A stretch of DNA of 64,000 bases, from NCBI GenBank assembly GCA_038210415.1, contig JBBQWS010000006.1, forward strand, positions 28,650 to 92,649, given 5' to 3'. The stretch is from Actinomycetes bacterium (GTDB lineage: Bacteria; Actinomycetota; Actinomycetes; Prado026). The notes under the pieces are model-generated. The model was given only the letters and a program-made list of their open reading frames with translations. It ran no database searches and was not told where the DNA came from. Every line of letters starts with the position of its first letter. Positions within the stretch are counted from its first letter, which is position 1. The translations under genes were made by a program, and so were the position numbers. Of the stretch, positions 53,866-63,865 are shown in pieces.

Positions 53866-55239
53866 TCAGCACTCGATCACGTTGACCGCGAGACCGCCGC
53901 GCGACGTCTCCTTGTACTTGATCTTCATGTCCGCGCCCGTCTCGCGCATCGTCTTGATCACCTTGTCGAGCGAGACGTGATGTTCGCCGTCGCCGTGCAG
54001 GGCCATGCGCGCCGCGGTGATCGCCTTGATCGAGGCGACGGCGTTGCGCTCGATGCACGGGATCTGGACGAGCCCGCCCACCGGGTCACAGGTCAGACCG
54101 AGGTTGTGCTCCATCCCGATCTCGGCTGCGTTCTCGACCTGTCGTGGGGTTCCGCCGGTCACCTCGGCGAGCCCCGCAGCAGCCATCGAGCACGCTGACC
54201 CGACCTCACCCTGGCAACCGACCTCCGCCCCCGAGATCGAAGCATTCTCCTTGAACAGCATTCCCACGGCGCCGGCCGCCAGCATGAAGCGGACCACCCC
54301 GTCGTCGTCGGCGTCGGGCACGAAGCGCGTGTAGTAGCTCAGCACAGCGGGGATGATCCCGGCGGCGCCGTTGGTCGGCGCGGTGACGATGCGGCCGCCC
54401 GCCGCGTTCTCCTCGTTGACGGCGAGCGCGCACAACGTCACCCACTCGATCGCCCTCAGCGGGTCGTGCTCGCGGTCCTGGGCGAGCAGCTGGCGCTTGA
54501 GGTCGGCGGCCCTGCGTCGCACCTTCAGTCCACCGGGCAGCGTGCCCTCGATCGAGGACCCGCGTTCGATGCTCTGCTGCATGACCGCCCAGATGTGCAG
54601 CAGGCGATCGCGGATCTCGGCCTCAGGTCGCCACGTCTTCTCGTTCTCCAGCATCAGCTCGCTGATGCTGAGCCCGGTGGCGTCGGTGAGAGCCAGCAAC
54701 GCGTCGCCCGTGCGGAACGGGTACGGCAGCACGGAGTCGTCGGGCACGATCCGGTCCGAACCGGTCGCGGCGTCGTCGACGACGAACCCGCCGCCGACGG
54801 AGTAGTAGGTCTTGCTCAGCACCTCGGCACCCGCACCGTCGTACGCGGTGAACCGCATCCCGTTGGCGTGGAACGGCAGTCGTTCACGGCGGTACATCGT
54901 CAGGTCGTCGTCCTGGTTGAACGCGATCGGGTGCGTACCGAGCAACCGCACGGTGCCGGACTCACGAATCCCGGCCATCAGGGCCTCGATCGAGTCGGGG
55001 TCGATGCTCTCGGGGTGGTAGCCCTCGAGGCCGAGGACCACGGCCTTCGGGCTGCCGTGGCCGTGGCCGGTCGCGCCGAGGGAGCCATACAGCTCGGCAT
55101 GCACCCGGGTGACCCGGTCGATGAGCTCCCCGCGGTCGAGCCGGGCGGCGAACATCCGGGCAGCGCGCATGGGTCCGACCGTGTGCGAGCTCGACGGTCC
55201 GATCCCGACCGAGAAGAGGTCGAAGACGCTGATCGCCAC
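53866..55239 (-). CDS. sdaA: L-serine ammonia-lyase (Fe-S L-serine dehydratase, single-chain)
   Basis: [24 protein letters not shown].., ..[10 protein letters not shown].., ..CIERNA.. patterns of SdaA. Confidence 0.9.
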   Translation of the reverse strand: MAISVFDLFSVGIGPSSSHTVGPMRAARMFAARLDRGELIDRVTRVHAELYGSLGATGHGHGSPKAVVLGLEGYHPESIDPDSIEALMAGIRESGTVRLLGTHPIAFNQDDDLTMYRRERLPFHANGMRFTAYDGAGAEVLSKTYYSVGGGFVVDDAATGSDRIVPDDSVLPYPFRTGDALLALTDATGLSISELMLENEKTWRPEAEIRDRLLHIWAVMQQSIERGSSIEGTLPGGLKVRRRAADLKRQLLAQDREHDPLRAIEWVTLCALAVNEENAAGGRIVTAPTNGAAGIIPAVLSYYTRFVPDADDDGVVRFMLAAGAVGMLFKENASISGAEVGCQGEVGSACSMAAAGLAEVTGGTPRQVENAAEIGMEHNLGLTCDPVGGLVQIPCIERNAVASIKAITAARMALHGDGEHHVSLDKVIKTMRETGADMKIKYKETSRGGLAVNVIEC

Positions 55240-55280
55240 GAAGCGGTCCCTTCTGCCGGCTCACCACGATACGCACTGCG

Positions 55281-55297
55281 ATACCCCATGGGGGTAT
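55281..55297. promoter_or_regulatory. CsoR operator: perfect palindrome ATACCCC-ATG-GGGGTAT, 22 nt upstream of the csoR ATG
   Basis: Read directly. It matches the GC-rich ATACCC..GGGTAT operator class described for Streptomyces and Bacillus CsoR. An AAAAGGAGG Shine-Dalgarno follows. Confidence 0.7.
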
Positions 55298-55318
55298 AGT
55301 TGGGAAAAGGAGGTCGCC

Positions 55319-55609
55319 ATGCATTCCACACCCGGGTACGCCGAGAGCAAGGACGCCCAGCTCAAGCGGCTGCGACGGATAGAGGGCCAGGTCCGCGGCC
55401 TGCAACGCATGGTCGAGTCCGACACATACTGCATCGACGTGATCACCCAGGTCTCCGCCGCCAGCCGCGCACTCGAGTCGTTCGCGCTCGGTCTGCTCGA
55501 CGAGCACCTGGCCCACTGCGTGAGCGCCGCCATCGCCACCGGCGGCGCCGAAGCCGACGCCAAGCTCAAAGAGGCGTCCGCCGCCATCGCCCGCCTCGTC
55601 AAGAGCTGA
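55319..55609 (+). CDS. csoR: CsoR/RcnR-family copper-sensing transcriptional repressor
   Basis: 97 aa, ..RIEGQVRGLQRMVESDTYCIDVITQVSA..LLDEHLAHC.. with Cu-ligand positions C-H-C. The real start is internal to the 166-aa ORF. Confidence 0.85.
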   Translation: MHSTPGYAESKDAQLKRLRRIEGQVRGLQRMVESDTYCIDVITQVSAASRALESFALGLLDEHLAHCVSAAIATGGAEADAKLKEASAAIARLVKS

Positions 55610-55633
55610 CCCACAACTGAAGAGAGCAATCCC

Positions 55634-55852
55634 ATGCCGAACCACCAGACCTACCTCGTCGACGGAATGACCTGCGAGCACTGCGTGAAGGCCGTGACGA
55701 CCGAGCTGACCGCCATCGACGGCGTCACCCAGGTCGCGATCGACCTCACCGCCGGTGGCACGTCAAGCGTCTCGGTCGTCTCCGACCGGCCGCTGCCGCA
55801 CGAAGCCGTGGCCGCCGCGATCGACGAGGCCGGCTACGTCCTCGCAGGATGA
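55634..55852 (+). CDS. copZ: Copper chaperone CopZ (heavy-metal-associated domain)
   Basis: GMTCEHCVKAV MxCxxC motif; 72 aa. Confidence 0.85.
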   Translation: MPNHQTYLVDGMTCEHCVKAVTTELTAIDGVTQVAIDLTAGGTSSVSVVSDRPLPHEAVAAAIDEAGYVLAG

Positions 55853-58104
55853 CGAGTCCGCAGATGACCAACATCGAGCTCACCATCGGCGGGATGACCT
55901 GCGCGTCGTGCGCAGCCCGGATCGAGAAGAAGCTGAACCGGGTCGCGGGCGTGACCGCGTCGGTCAACTACGCCACCGACAAGGCGACCATCGAGTACGC
56001 CGCTGAGGTGACCCCCCAACAGCTGGTCGACGTCGTCGAGGCGACGGGCTACACCGCAGGGTTGCCGGCGGCACCCGTGGCACCTGATGGCAGCGCCACC
56101 CCGGCGGTCCCCGTGCCCGACGAGGCAGACGCCCTGCAGCAGCGCTTGCTGATCTGCGTCGTCCTCGCGCTGCCCGTGCTCGTGCTGTCGATGGTCCCGG
56201 CTCTGCAGTTCACCTCCTGGCAGTGGCTGGCCTTGACGTTGGCGAGCCCGGTGGTGGTCTGGGGCGCCCTGCCGTTCCATCGCGCCACCTGGGTGAACGC
56301 CCGGCACGGTGCGGCCACCATGGACACCCTGATCTCGGTCGGCGTCGGCGCGGCGTACCTGTGGTCGCTGTGGGCGCTGTTCTTCGGTCGGGCTGGCGAG
56401 CCGGGCATGCGGATGGACGTCCGCCTCTTCGCATCCGGCGGGAGCGGCTCCGACGCGATCTACCTCGAGATCGCCTCAGTGGTCACGGTGTTCATCCTCG
56501 CCGGTCGACTGTTCGAGGCCCGGGCCAAGCAGCGGGCGGGGTCAGCCCTGCGCGCGTTGCTGACGTTGGGTGCCAAGGACGTCGCAGTGCTCAGGGGCCC
56601 GGCCGACCAGCGGGTCGAGTCGCTGATCCCGATCGCCCAGCTGGCAGTGGGCGACCACTTCGTCGTGCGGCCCGGCGACAAGGTGGCCACCGACGGCACC
56701 GTGCTCGAGGGGACGTCCGCCATCGACGCCTCCATGCTGACGGGGGAGTCGGTTCCGGCCGAGGTCGGCCCCGGTGACGTCGTAGTGGGCGCAACGGTCA
56801 ACTCCGGTGGTCGTCTGGTCGTGCGGGCCGACCGCGTCGGGTCGGACACCGCACTCGCCCAGCTCGCCCGGCTCGTCGAGCAGGCGCAGAGCGGCAAGGC
56901 CGAGGTGCAGCGGCTTGCCGACCGGGTGGCCGGCGTCTTCGTTCCCGTGGTCATCGTGCTGTCGCTGCTCACTCTGGCCGCCTGGCTGGCCACGGGGCAC
57001 CCCGCCCAGCAAGCCTTCACCGCGGCCGTGGCCGTGCTCATCATCGCGTGCCCCTGCGCCCTCGGTCTCGCGACGCCGACTGCCCTGCTCGTGGGCACCG
57101 GACGCGGCGCGCAGCTAGGCATCGTCATCAAGGGGCCGCAGGTGCTCGAGTCGACCCGCGCGGTCGACACCATCGTGCTGGACAAGACCGGAACCGTCAC
57201 CTCGGGCCGGATGAGCGTGCACGACGTCCTCGTCGAGGACGGTGTCGACTCCGCAGAGCTGCTCAGGGTCGCGGGGTCGATCGAGCACGCCTCGGAGCAC
57301 CCCATCGCCCGGGCGATCGTGGCTGCTGCCGATGGTCTGCTCGGCTCCGCCGCCGACTTCGCCTCCGCTGAAGGCCTCGGAGTCACCGGCACGGTCGCCG
57401 GCCGCGATGTGTGCGTCGGTCGGCTGGGTTTCGTCCAGAGCCAGGGCTTCGGGCGGCCTACGCCGGGCCTGGCCGAGCAAGCCGCAGCCGCAGCGCGTCA
57501 GGGCCGCAGCGTCGTCGTCGTGGGCTGGGACGGGCAGGTGCGTGGAGCCGTCGTCGTCGCTGACACCGTCAAGCCGACCTCCGCCGAAGCCGTGCGCGCG
57601 CTGCGGGCACTGGGACTCAACCCGGTTCTTCTCACGGGTGACAACGAACCGACAGCGCGCGCAGTCGCCGACGAGGTCGGCATCGACGAGGTCGTGGCCG
57701 ACGTGCTGCCGGCGGACAAGGTCGCGGTGGTCCGCCGGCTGCAGTCAGCCGGTCACGTCGTAGCGATGGTCGGCGACGGGGTGAACGACGCTGCCGCGCT
57801 GACGCAGGCCGACCTGGGACTCGCGATGGGCACCGGCACAGACGTCGCGATCGAGGCTTCGGACCTGACCCTCGTCAGCGGCGATCTTCTCAGTGCAGTC
57901 GACGCCATCCGGCTGTCCCGGGCGACGCTCCGCACCATCAAAGGGAACCTTTTCTGGGCCTTCGCGTACAACGTGGCAGCGATCCCGCTGGCCGCGCTGG
58001 GCCTGCTCAACCCGTTGATCGCGGGCGCAGCGATGGCGTTCAGCTCAGTCTTCGTGCTGAGCAACAGCTTGCGACTGCGTCGGTTCCGGTCGGACTTCCA
58101 CTGA
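55849..58104 (+). CDS. copA: Copper-translocating P1B-type ATPase
   Basis: N-terminal GMTCASCAARIEKKL metal-binding domain, a CPC motif (IACPCALGLATP) in the TM segment, DKTGT phosphorylation site and GDGVNDA hinge motif. Confidence 0.9.
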   Translation: MTSPQMTNIELTIGGMTCASCAARIEKKLNRVAGVTASVNYATDKATIEYAAEVTPQQLVDVVEATGYTAGLPAAPVAPDGSATPAVPVPDEADALQQRLLICVVLALPVLVLSMVPALQFTSWQWLALTLASPVVVWGALPFHRATWVNARHGAATMDTLISVGVGAAYLWSLWALFFGRAGEPGMRMDVRLFASGGSGSDAIYLEIASVVTVFILAGRLFEARAKQRAGSALRALLTLGAKDVAVLRGPADQRVESLIPIAQLAVGDHFVVRPGDKVATDGTVLEGTSAIDASMLTGESVPAEVGPGDVVVGATVNSGGRLVVRADRVGSDTALAQLARLVEQAQSGKAEVQRLADRVAGVFVPVVIVLSLLTLAAWLATGHPAQQAFTAAVAVLIIACPCALGLATPTALLVGTGRGAQLGIVIKGPQVLESTRAVDTIVLDKTGTVTSGRMSVHDVLVEDGVDSAELLRVAGSIEHASEHPIARAIVAAADGLLGSAADFASAEGLGVTGTVAGRDVCVGRLGFVQSQGFGRPTPGLAEQAAAAARQGRSVVVVGWDGQVRGAVVVADTVKPTSAEAVRALRALGLNPVLLTGDNEPTARAVADEVGIDEVVADVLPADKVAVVRRLQSAGHVVAMVGDGVNDAAALTQADLGLAMGTGTDVAIEASDLTLVSGDLLSAVDAIRLSRATLRTIKGNLFWAFAYNVAAIPLAALGLLNPLIAGAAMAFSSVFVLSNSLRLRRFRSDFH

Positions 58105-58125
58105 CGCGATAACCTTCTCGGCACC

Positions 58126-58665
58126 ATGAGCGAGCACGAAGGACTTCCCCGACGCGCGATCGCGGCTGGCGCCGCCCGGTCGACGGGCATCACGATCGCC
58201 CTGGTCATCGTCTACTACCTGGTTCCCATCGATGGCGTGGGCAGGCTGGGAACCCTGATCGGGCTCGTCGTGACCATCGTCGTCTTCGGGGTCGCGCTCG
58301 TCTGGGAGCTCCGCGCCATCGTCAAGGCGCGATTCCCGGTCTCCAAGGCCGTCGAGGCCATGGCGACGTTGCTCCCTCTATTGCTCCTGCTCTTCGCCGC
58401 GCTCTACTTTGCGATCGAGCAGCAGACCCCTGACGCGTTCTCCACGTCGTTCGACCGAACGGGTTCGCTCTACTTCACGGTCACGACGTTCGCCACAGTT
58501 GGGTACGGCGACATCACCCCTGTCTCGAATCTCGCGCGCGTCGTAGCCATCGTGCAGATGCTCGTCGACCTCGCCGTCATCGGCGCGGTCGCCCGCATCG
58601 TCGTCGGCGCCGCGCAACGCACCAGGGCCCGCCAGACCGCCGAGCAGGACCAGCCGACGGGCTGA
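58126..58665 (+). CDS. Two-TM potassium channel family protein
   Basis: Selectivity filter TVGYGD within a pore loop between two TM helices. Confidence 0.75.
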   Translation: MSEHEGLPRRAIAAGAARSTGITIALVIVYYLVPIDGVGRLGTLIGLVVTIVVFGVALVWELRAIVKARFPVSKAVEAMATLLPLLLLLFAALYFAIEQQTPDAFSTSFDRTGSLYFTVTTFATVGYGDITPVSNLARVVAIVQMLVDLAVIGAVARIVVGAAQRTRARQTAEQDQPTG

Positions 58666-58683
58666 CCGAGAAGGGGACGGTCC

Positions 58684-59064
58684 ATGATCAGCCCAACCCG
58701 CTCACGCCTTGCCGCCGCGGCGGGCGCCTCCTTACTGGCGCTCGCAGCCTGCTCCGGCTCGTCCGGCACCGCTCCGACGACGAGCGTGACCGCGACAGAC
58801 AGCGTCCAGGTCATCAAGGTCGGCTGGGCCGCCGGCAAGCCCGCCGTCCCGAGCAACCGGGTGGCGGTGAGGCTGGGGTCGAAGGTGCGGCTCGAAGTGA
58901 CCAGCGACGTCGACGAGGTCGTGCACGTCCATCTCAACGACGCCGAGCAGGACGTCAAGGCCGGCGGCACGGTGGTCTTCACGTTCACGGCCGACAAGCC
59001 GGGCATCTTCGACGTCGAGGTGCACAAGGCCGACCAGCTGGTCGTTCAGCTGCAGGTGTCCTAG
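58684..59064 (+). CDS. Small secreted lipoprotein, beta-rich, possible cupredoxin-like/metal-binding protein
   Basis: Lipobox LLALAAC, a Thr/Ser linker and a ~90-aa domain containing a HVHLND motif. Downstream of the copper operon. Confidence 0.4.
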   Translation: MISPTRSRLAAAAGASLLALAACSGSSGTAPTTSVTATDSVQVIKVGWAAGKPAVPSNRVAVRLGSKVRLEVTSDVDEVVHVHLNDAEQDVKAGGTVVFTFTADKPGIFDVEVHKADQLVVQLQVS

Positions 59065-59843
59065 CTCGACCGCGGCCGGCCGCGGTAGGCGTCGAGCAGC
59101 TCGTCCCGGTCGGCCGGCGACAGGTACTTCACTGCTTCTCGCAGGGTGAGTCCGGCGAGCCGGTCGACTCGTGCGGCGAGCCAGTCGCGCACCTCGTCCG
59201 GTCGCCGCTTGGCGGTGTCTCGCAGCACCCAGCCGATGGCCTTGCGGATGAAGAACTCCCGCTCGTCGAGCATGCCGTCGGCATACCGACCGAACCGGAC
59301 GAAGTCGCCCTCGCATCCCCGCAGTCCGGGAAGCAGCGAGAGCAGCGCGCTGCGTCGCAGCCAGAAGTCCTCGTCCACCGCCCAGCGGTCCAAAGTCCGC
59401 GATACGAGGGCGTCCTCAGTCCCTGCTTGCGTGACGATGCGGCCGGCCACCGACGCGGCGAGGCCGTCGACCAGCGCCCAGGTCTGCGAGTCGCGGACCA
59501 GGCGCTCGACGACTGCCAGGTCGGCCGGGCCGAGCCGCGAACCGTAGAGCTCGAGCACCTCGACGGCGGCGAACCGGCGCTCGTGCACCGGGTCGGCCCA
59601 CAACGCGTCGACGAGAGTGACGACCTCGTCGTGCGTCAGCCCGGGATGCGACGCTCGGACCGCCTTCACGGCCGACCTGATCTGCGGCACCGTGGCACCG
59701 AGGTGCTCCAACGAGCTCTTGAGGTACGCCTTCTCCTGCGCGGCGCGCTCCGGGGTCGCCACCGACACCAGGTCGCGGGTGAGCTGGTCGGCGACGGCCT
59801 CGGCGTCGAAGGGGACCGGTGGGCTGGCGACGGGTTCGGGCAC
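59061..59843 (-). CDS. DNA alkylation repair protein (AlkD-like HEAT-repeat glycosylase family)
   Basis: ..PERAAQEKAYLKSSLEHLGATVPQIR.., ..WALVD.., ..FFIRKAIGWVLRD.. typical of the AlkC/AlkD family. The GTG start is chosen at 59843; the remainder of the 581-aa ORF is antisense to corA. Confidence 0.6.
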   Translation of the reverse strand: MPEPVASPPVPFDAEAVADQLTRDLVSVATPERAAQEKAYLKSSLEHLGATVPQIRSAVKAVRASHPGLTHDEVVTLVDALWADPVHERRFAAVEVLELYGSRLGPADLAVVERLVRDSQTWALVDGLAASVAGRIVTQAGTEDALVSRTLDRWAVDEDFWLRRSALLSLLPGLRGCEGDFVRFGRYADGMLDEREFFIRKAIGWVLRDTAKRRPDEVRDWLAARVDRLAGLTLREAVKYLSPADRDELLDAYRGRPRSS

Positions 59844-59891
59844 GGTTCCATCATGCCGGGTCGGGTCGAGTCGCCCGGCTAGCCTTGGGTC

Positions 59892-60890
59892 GTGACCGAG
59901 GCCCGCACGACCGACCAGATCGCCCGCACCCGCCTCTACCGCGGAGGGGTCCTGGCGCTGGACAACTTCCCGGTCGACCACATCGACAAGTACCTCGCCG
60001 ACCCGGAGTGCACCGTGTGGGTGGACCTGTGCGCGCCGGACGCCGCCGACCTCGCTCTCGTGGGCGAGGAGCTCGGTCTGCACGAGCTGGCCGTGGCCGA
60101 TGCGGTCGTGCGCCAGCAAAGGCCGAAGCTCGACCGCTACGCGACCCACGAGTTCCTCAACATGTACGCGGTCGACCTCAGCCGTTCGACCGGCGCCCTG
60201 CGGCTCAGTGAGCTTTCGGCGTTCGTGACGCCTAACGCCCTGATCACGGTCCGCAAGGACAACACGTTCGACATGGACGACGTCGTCAGTCGCTGGGACA
60301 ACTCGTCCGACCTCACCCGGTTCGGGGTCGGCTTCTTGCTCTACGCGCTGATCGACCACGTCGTCGACAGCCACTTCGAAGCGGTGCAGACCCTCGATGA
60401 CGAGATCGAGCAGCTCGAGGACCTTCTCTTCGACGACCGGGCCCGCGACAAGGACGTCCAGGTCCGCAGCTTCGCGCTGCGCAAGAGCCTGGTAAACCTT
60501 CGTCGAGTCGTGACCCCGATGCGCGAAGTCGTCAACGCGCTCATGCGGCGCGACGTGCAGATCGTCGCGCCGGAGCTGCTGCCGTACTACCAGGACGTCT
60601 ACGACCACGTGCTCCGGGCCACCGAGTGGACCGAGTCGTTGCGCGACCTGGTCACCACGATCGTCGAGACGAACCTGACCCTGCAGGGCAACCGGCTCAA
60701 CGTCATCACCAAGAAGGTCACCAGCTGGGCGGCCATCATCGCCGTCCCCACGGCCATCACGGGGTTCTACGGGCAGAACGTGCCGTACCCCGGGTTCGCG
60801 GCCCACAGCGGGTTCTGGGCATCAACCGGCCTCATCTGCGGCCTCTCCGGCGGCCTCTACCTCGCGTTCCGCAAGCGCGACTGGCTCTGA
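59892..60890 (+). CDS. corA: CorA-family magnesium/cobalt transporter
   Basis: Cytoplasmic alpha/beta domain, then two C-terminal TM helices with a YGQNV (GMN-type) motif between them. Confidence 0.85.
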   Translation: MTEARTTDQIARTRLYRGGVLALDNFPVDHIDKYLADPECTVWVDLCAPDAADLALVGEELGLHELAVADAVVRQQRPKLDRYATHEFLNMYAVDLSRSTGALRLSELSAFVTPNALITVRKDNTFDMDDVVSRWDNSSDLTRFGVGFLLYALIDHVVDSHFEAVQTLDDEIEQLEDLLFDDRARDKDVQVRSFALRKSLVNLRRVVTPMREVVNALMRRDVQIVAPELLPYYQDVYDHVLRATEWTESLRDLVTTIVETNLTLQGNRLNVITKKVTSWAAIIAVPTAITGFYGQNVPYPGFAAHSGFWASTGLICGLSGGLYLAFRKRDWL

Positions 60891-61040
60891 TCGCGCGGTG
60901 TGCAGACATCAGCACAGGAGGCGGTGCTGGGGACCGACCGAGTCGATATCCCGCCCGCGCGTCGAATCAGCCAACCCTTGCAGTCGTAGCCAGCCGGGTC
61001 GGCTCCCTCCTCGAGTCCTCGACGAGATGGGGCAGCGCAA

Positions 61041-61079
61041 GAAGGTGCCGGGCGCCTCGTGCTGGCGCTCGGCACCTTC
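61041..61079. terminator. Stem-loop GAAGGTGCCGGGCGC-ctcgtgctg-GCGCTCGGCACCTTC (15-bp stem, 1 mismatch) between the convergent corA and lipoprotein genes
   Basis: Read directly. Confidence 0.5.
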
Positions 61080-61097
61080 TCCTCCGATCCTCCCGCC

Positions 61098-61733
61098 CTA
61101 CTTCGTGTTGACCGTGATCTTCGCGATCCCCACGAGCAGATCGGCCTTCACCGCGTCGGTGTGGAAGGTCTTGTTGAGCAGCCCGGCAGCGTCCGGTGAC
61201 ATGAGCACCCGCGTGCCTGCGAGGATCGCCGTGCCGTCGGACCCGGTCTGCAACGGCTTGAGGGTGCTGCCGTCGAGGTTGAACAGGTACGCGTGCGTCG
61301 CAGCTGTCGCGCCGTTGACCGATACGTCCCCGTACAACTTGGACGTGCCCGGGTCGATGTCGAAGTTCGTCAGCTCGACCTTGGTCGAGCCTGCGGTCAA
61401 AGAGAGCCCGCTGCCGTTGTGCTTGATGTCGCCGGTGACGTAGGGCATCCGGCTGTAGGGGGTGTAGTACGTGACGTTCCCGCCGGTGATCGGGAAGCTC
61501 AGCGAACCGTCCGCCAGGGTGGCAGAGCCGACCCTGCCGGGCGCCAGCTTCAGCGTGGTCAGGGCCGCGACGAAGCCGCTGTCCAGCGCGACCGCGGTGC
61601 TCTGGCCCGAAAGGGCCGCGATGTCCGCAACCGGCTTGTCCGACGGCGACGAGCTGGACGAGCAACCGGCGAGGGCCGTGCCAGCGAGTGCCACTACGGA
61701 GAGCCCGAGGGCCACACGTGACTTGGTACGCAT
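61098..61733 (-). CDS. Lipoprotein of unknown function
   Basis: Lipobox LAGC, a Ser-rich linker and a beta-rich body. Confidence 0.55.
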   Translation of the reverse strand: MRTKSRVALGLSVVALAGTALAGCSSSSSPSDKPVADIAALSGQSTAVALDSGFVAALTTLKLAPGRVGSATLADGSLSFPITGGNVTYYTPYSRMPYVTGDIKHNGSGLSLTAGSTKVELTNFDIDPGTSKLYGDVSVNGATAATHAYLFNLDGSTLKPLQTGSDGTAILAGTRVLMSPDAAGLLNKTFHTDAVKADLLVGIAKITVNTK

Positions 61734-61803
61734 CAGTATTCTTTCCTTCGATTCTTGGGTGGCTGTCGCAGGTTCTTCGCCACCACCCAGCCGAAGGTTT
61801 GGT

Positions 61804-62703
61804 CTATGGACAGCCAGACCCTGCGTCGACCAAGGTGAAGGGGAACAGGAACGGGTAGTCGCAGGTGCCCTTCAGCGTCACCCAGAGCGCCTGCTGGAAG
61901 CGCAGCTGCTCGAGATCGTCACAGCTGACCGGCCGCCAGGTTCCGCGCAGCCGCAGAGCACCGTCCGCGCCGGGCGTGACGATCGCGTCGACGAAAGGAA
62001 CCGAGGCAGAGCTCGACGACGACAGAACCCAGTGGGGGTTGACAAGAGATCCGGTCCAGCTGGCCCTGCCGGTGACCGTCATCCCCGCTCCTACAACGAC
62101 GAGCAGGTGACCGCCCGAGCGCGACACCGCCACCGACGAGGTGCGCTCTGACACAGCCGGTGCACCCGTGCAGAGCGCTGCGGCCCGGGGCAGCACAGCG
62201 ACGCCGGGGTTTTCGAAGTAGAGACTCAGGCGGATCGTCGCCAACGCATCGTGCTGCAGCACCGACGGATCGTCGCAGGAGTCCACGACCAGCTCGGACA
62301 CGATCTTGGTGTCCGCGTGCCCGGCGACATTGATCGGCCCGGGCTCGGCGCGTGGGGTGACGAGCAGCTGCGCCGCAGCGCCGCCGGCGTTGCCGCTGAA
62401 GGTGAAGGAGCGGCTGGTCGGGTTCCGCACGGTCCACGTCAGCCGCAGTACCGGGGCCACCGGATCAACAGTCACCCCCATCGCGGTGACCAGCAACGGG
62501 TTCGCGGCCCTGTAACCGTGCCGGTCCAGGTCGCGCAGTGGACGGTCACGTGGAAGAACAACTCCCCGGGTGGGTCCAACCAGGTGGACCTGCTCGCCGA
62601 GCCGATCCCCCACGGTGACCTTGAGCCGGATCTCGAGCTCGACGGTTCCGGAATCCTCCTCCGAACTCGAGTCCACCGTGGCACTGAGGGCGATCGTGGG
62701 CAC
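61804..62703 (-). CDS. Hypothetical protein (beta-rich, C-terminal Cys pair). The N-terminus is uncertain: a signal-peptide-like segment lies in frame upstream but is separated by a stop codon.
   Basis: 299-aa ORF from GTG. In frame upstream, ..IGVTLLALAAGGFAW.. follows a TGA. Confidence 0.35.
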   Translation of the reverse strand: MPTIALSATVDSSSEEDSGTVELEIRLKVTVGDRLGEQVHLVGPTRGVVLPRDRPLRDLDRHGYRAANPLLVTAMGVTVDPVAPVLRLTWTVRNPTSRSFTFSGNAGGAAAQLLVTPRAEPGPINVAGHADTKIVSELVVDSCDDPSVLQHDALATIRLSLYFENPGVAVLPRAAALCTGAPAVSERTSSVAVSRSGGHLLVVVGAGMTVTGRASWTGSLVNPHWVLSSSSSASVPFVDAIVTPGADGALRLRGTWRPVSCDDLEQLRFQQALWVTLKGTCDYPFLFPFTLVDAGSGCP

Positions 62704-62929
62704 CGGCAGGGGTCCCGGAGGTGCGTGCCGCCACGCGAAGCCGCCCGCTGCGAGGGCCAGGAGCGTGACCCCGATTCAGCAGCCACGGGTGCCGGTGCCA
62801 CAACCTGGCGCGACGCGCCCGAAGACGAAACCCGAACTCGGCCAACCGACCAGGCGGCGCACCGGATCCGACGACGTCCAGCTCATCAGGGGGTCCACGA
62901 TCCCCAGTCTGCCTCTCGTGCGGGCGCCG

Positions 62930-63784
62930 TCACGAGATGTCGAGCAGGTCCCCCGCGCGCTTCTGGAACGCGGGGCAGATCAGGTTGTGGTCGAGCTCAC
63001 CGTCCGCCGTCGTCTCGACCCACTGGACGATCGCCGAGATCGACCCGGCGAACGACTTGGAGCAGGCGGCCGAGCCGGAGGCCTCGTCGCCGGGCCCGGT
63101 GGCGTACCAGACCGGCAGGCCCGGTCTCCAGGTCCCCGCGATCTCTTCCCACATCTTCGGGGTCGAGTAGATCCCGACCCGCACCCCGAGCTCCTGCAGT
63201 CGCGCCGCCATGCTGTCGAGGACTGTGGCGTTCTGGCGCGCGCTCCCGGCCCAGGTGTTCACGGTCTCGACATCGAGCCACCAGACCGAGGTGCCGCTGA
63301 TGCCGAGGGCGTGCTCGCGGGCCACCGCGTCATCGACCAACCGGCGGCCGTACGCGACCTCGTCGCCCACCCCCGGGTAGCTCGTGTTGACGTAGACGGC
63401 GTGCCCCGCCTTCGCCCTGGCCCAGTCGAGCTGCGCCGACGCGCACTTGTTGGAGCTCAGCGGGCGGCCACCGTTGAGGCCGACGATCGCGAAGCCGCCG
63501 CTCCTCGGCAGCGGCGACCCGCACTGCGGGTACGAGACGTCGAAGCCCCGAACAGGGACGGTCGCCGCCGGGGCCGCGGCCTGCGGTCGGACCACCGGTG
63601 CACCCGGCAGCAGCGGCTCGAGGCTGACTTCAGCGACGGCGGAGTGCCGCCAGCGGGCCAACGTCCACGCGCCGGCGCCGGCCCCGACGAGGGCGGCCAA
63701 CAGCAGCAGGACCACGAGCAGCCGTCTGCGAAGGGGCGAGCGGGAGGGGGCCGGCTCAGCAGCCGCGTTCGTCGTGTCCTTCAC
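62930..63784 (-). CDS. Secreted glycoside-hydrolase-like protein (DUF1906/Rv2525c-like TIM barrel)
   Basis: GTG start, a TM/signal segment RRRLLVVLLLLAALVGAGAGAW, then ..GFDVSYPQC.., ..VYVNTSYPG.., ..VWWLDVE... An alternative upstream start would extend the protein by ~60 aa. Confidence 0.45.
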   Translation of the reverse strand: MKDTTNAAAEPAPSRSPLRRRLLVVLLLLAALVGAGAGAWTLARWRHSAVAEVSLEPLLPGAPVVRPQAAAPAATVPVRGFDVSYPQCGSPLPRSGGFAIVGLNGGRPLSSNKCASAQLDWARAKAGHAVYVNTSYPGVGDEVAYGRRLVDDAVAREHALGISGTSVWWLDVETVNTWAGSARQNATVLDSMAARLQELGVRVGIYSTPKMWEEIAGTWRPGLPVWYATGPGDEASGSAACSKSFAGSISAIVQWVETTADGELDHNLICPAFQKRAGDLLDIS

Positions 63785-63865
63785 CCCCACTCCCCTCTCG
63801 TCGCCTCGACTCGAACTGTGCCACGATCGCGACGGCAGCGACGGACCGGGTGAGCGGGAGACATC

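Noticed and set aside
59844-60806. Upstream 320 codons of the 581-aa minus ORF that contains AlkD
   Set aside because: This part is antisense to corA. The AlkD-like domain begins at about 59843, and the N-terminal extension has no protein-like character.
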